A stretch of 64,000 bases of DNA. It comes from Chiloscyllium plagiosum. Its lineage: Eukaryota. The notes under the pieces were generated by a model. That model was not told the DNA's origin and did not search any database. It saw nothing but the letters and a program-made list of their open reading frames with translations. Below are positions 63,346 through 64,000 of this stretch, in pieces (position 1 is the first letter of the stretch; each line of letters opens with the position of its first letter). Location: contig NC_057711.1 of NCBI RefSeq assembly GCF_004010195.1, positions 77,848,560 to 77,912,559 of the forward strand, written 5' to 3'. Made by a program: the position numbers and the translations under genes.

Positions 63346-64000
63346 AAAAAAGTGTCCAGTTACCATTCTCGACAACAGTTATTGACTTAGAACAAAGAGG
63401 ACAAGAGTCAAGTCTGTACCAACTAACCACCAACTTTATTAGTTTAATTAAAACAGACATGCAATTTATTTTTTTTGGTGAAGAAAAGGTTAAGAACAGG
63501 CATGCAATTCATACAAGGCTATAAACTAAGTGCACGCCCATTGGTTTCCATGCCATTCCCTCCTGAATACTTAACAAAAATAAAGGCTAATACCCAAGAA
63601 TAGAAGCTCATACTGGCCAGGAAATTTCTCCCAGGTCTCTGGGCTATTTCCATGCTCCCAGGCATGGGGTCCACAACTTAGCAAAGGTTGTTGTCCAGCG
63701 TTTTCGCTGCTGGCACATCAAAATCCTTAATTTTTTTATCTTTTTCCTAATCTTCCCAAACTGTGGTGTCTTGTTGTTGTTAGCGGGTGCCTTTCCAATA
63801 TAGGCTCACTCCAAGGACACCGTTAGGATTAACTCATTACTCTTCCACCAAATAAGTATTTGCAACATATATCACCCCTCAAAGTTGATCTGGTTTGAGC
63901 CAGCCCAAGCCAGTGGCTGCGGCTCGGATAACTTCAGTTCACAAGCTTGTAGTTTTTAGATATGAGCAATCCCTGGCCAATGTAAGGTTGAAGCATTAGC

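Overview
This is vertebrate genomic DNA; the repeat families point to a cartilaginous fish (shark), which is an inference. The whole window lies inside one + strand gene, VPS13A (chorein, bridge-like lipid transfer protein). Thirteen GT-AG coding exons (2270 nt, 740..50421) splice in frame without stops, and the gene continues beyond both window edges. The introns are packed with CR1, Rex1/Babar-like and RTE LINE relics, tRNA-derived SINEs, a solo LTR, a TA-flanked MITE and several families of Penelope-like elements (PLEs). The most notable signal is a set of about 10 short PLE-derived insertions, most of them fold-backs. They carry minimal hammerhead-ribozyme motifs (CUGANGA...GAA-ACGU-C), sit between 10-16 bp target-site duplications, and six of them share a 35-38 nt unpaired tail on one side only. 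A 439-N assembly gap lies at 46895-47333. Most ORFs in the supplied track are spurious or are TE relics.
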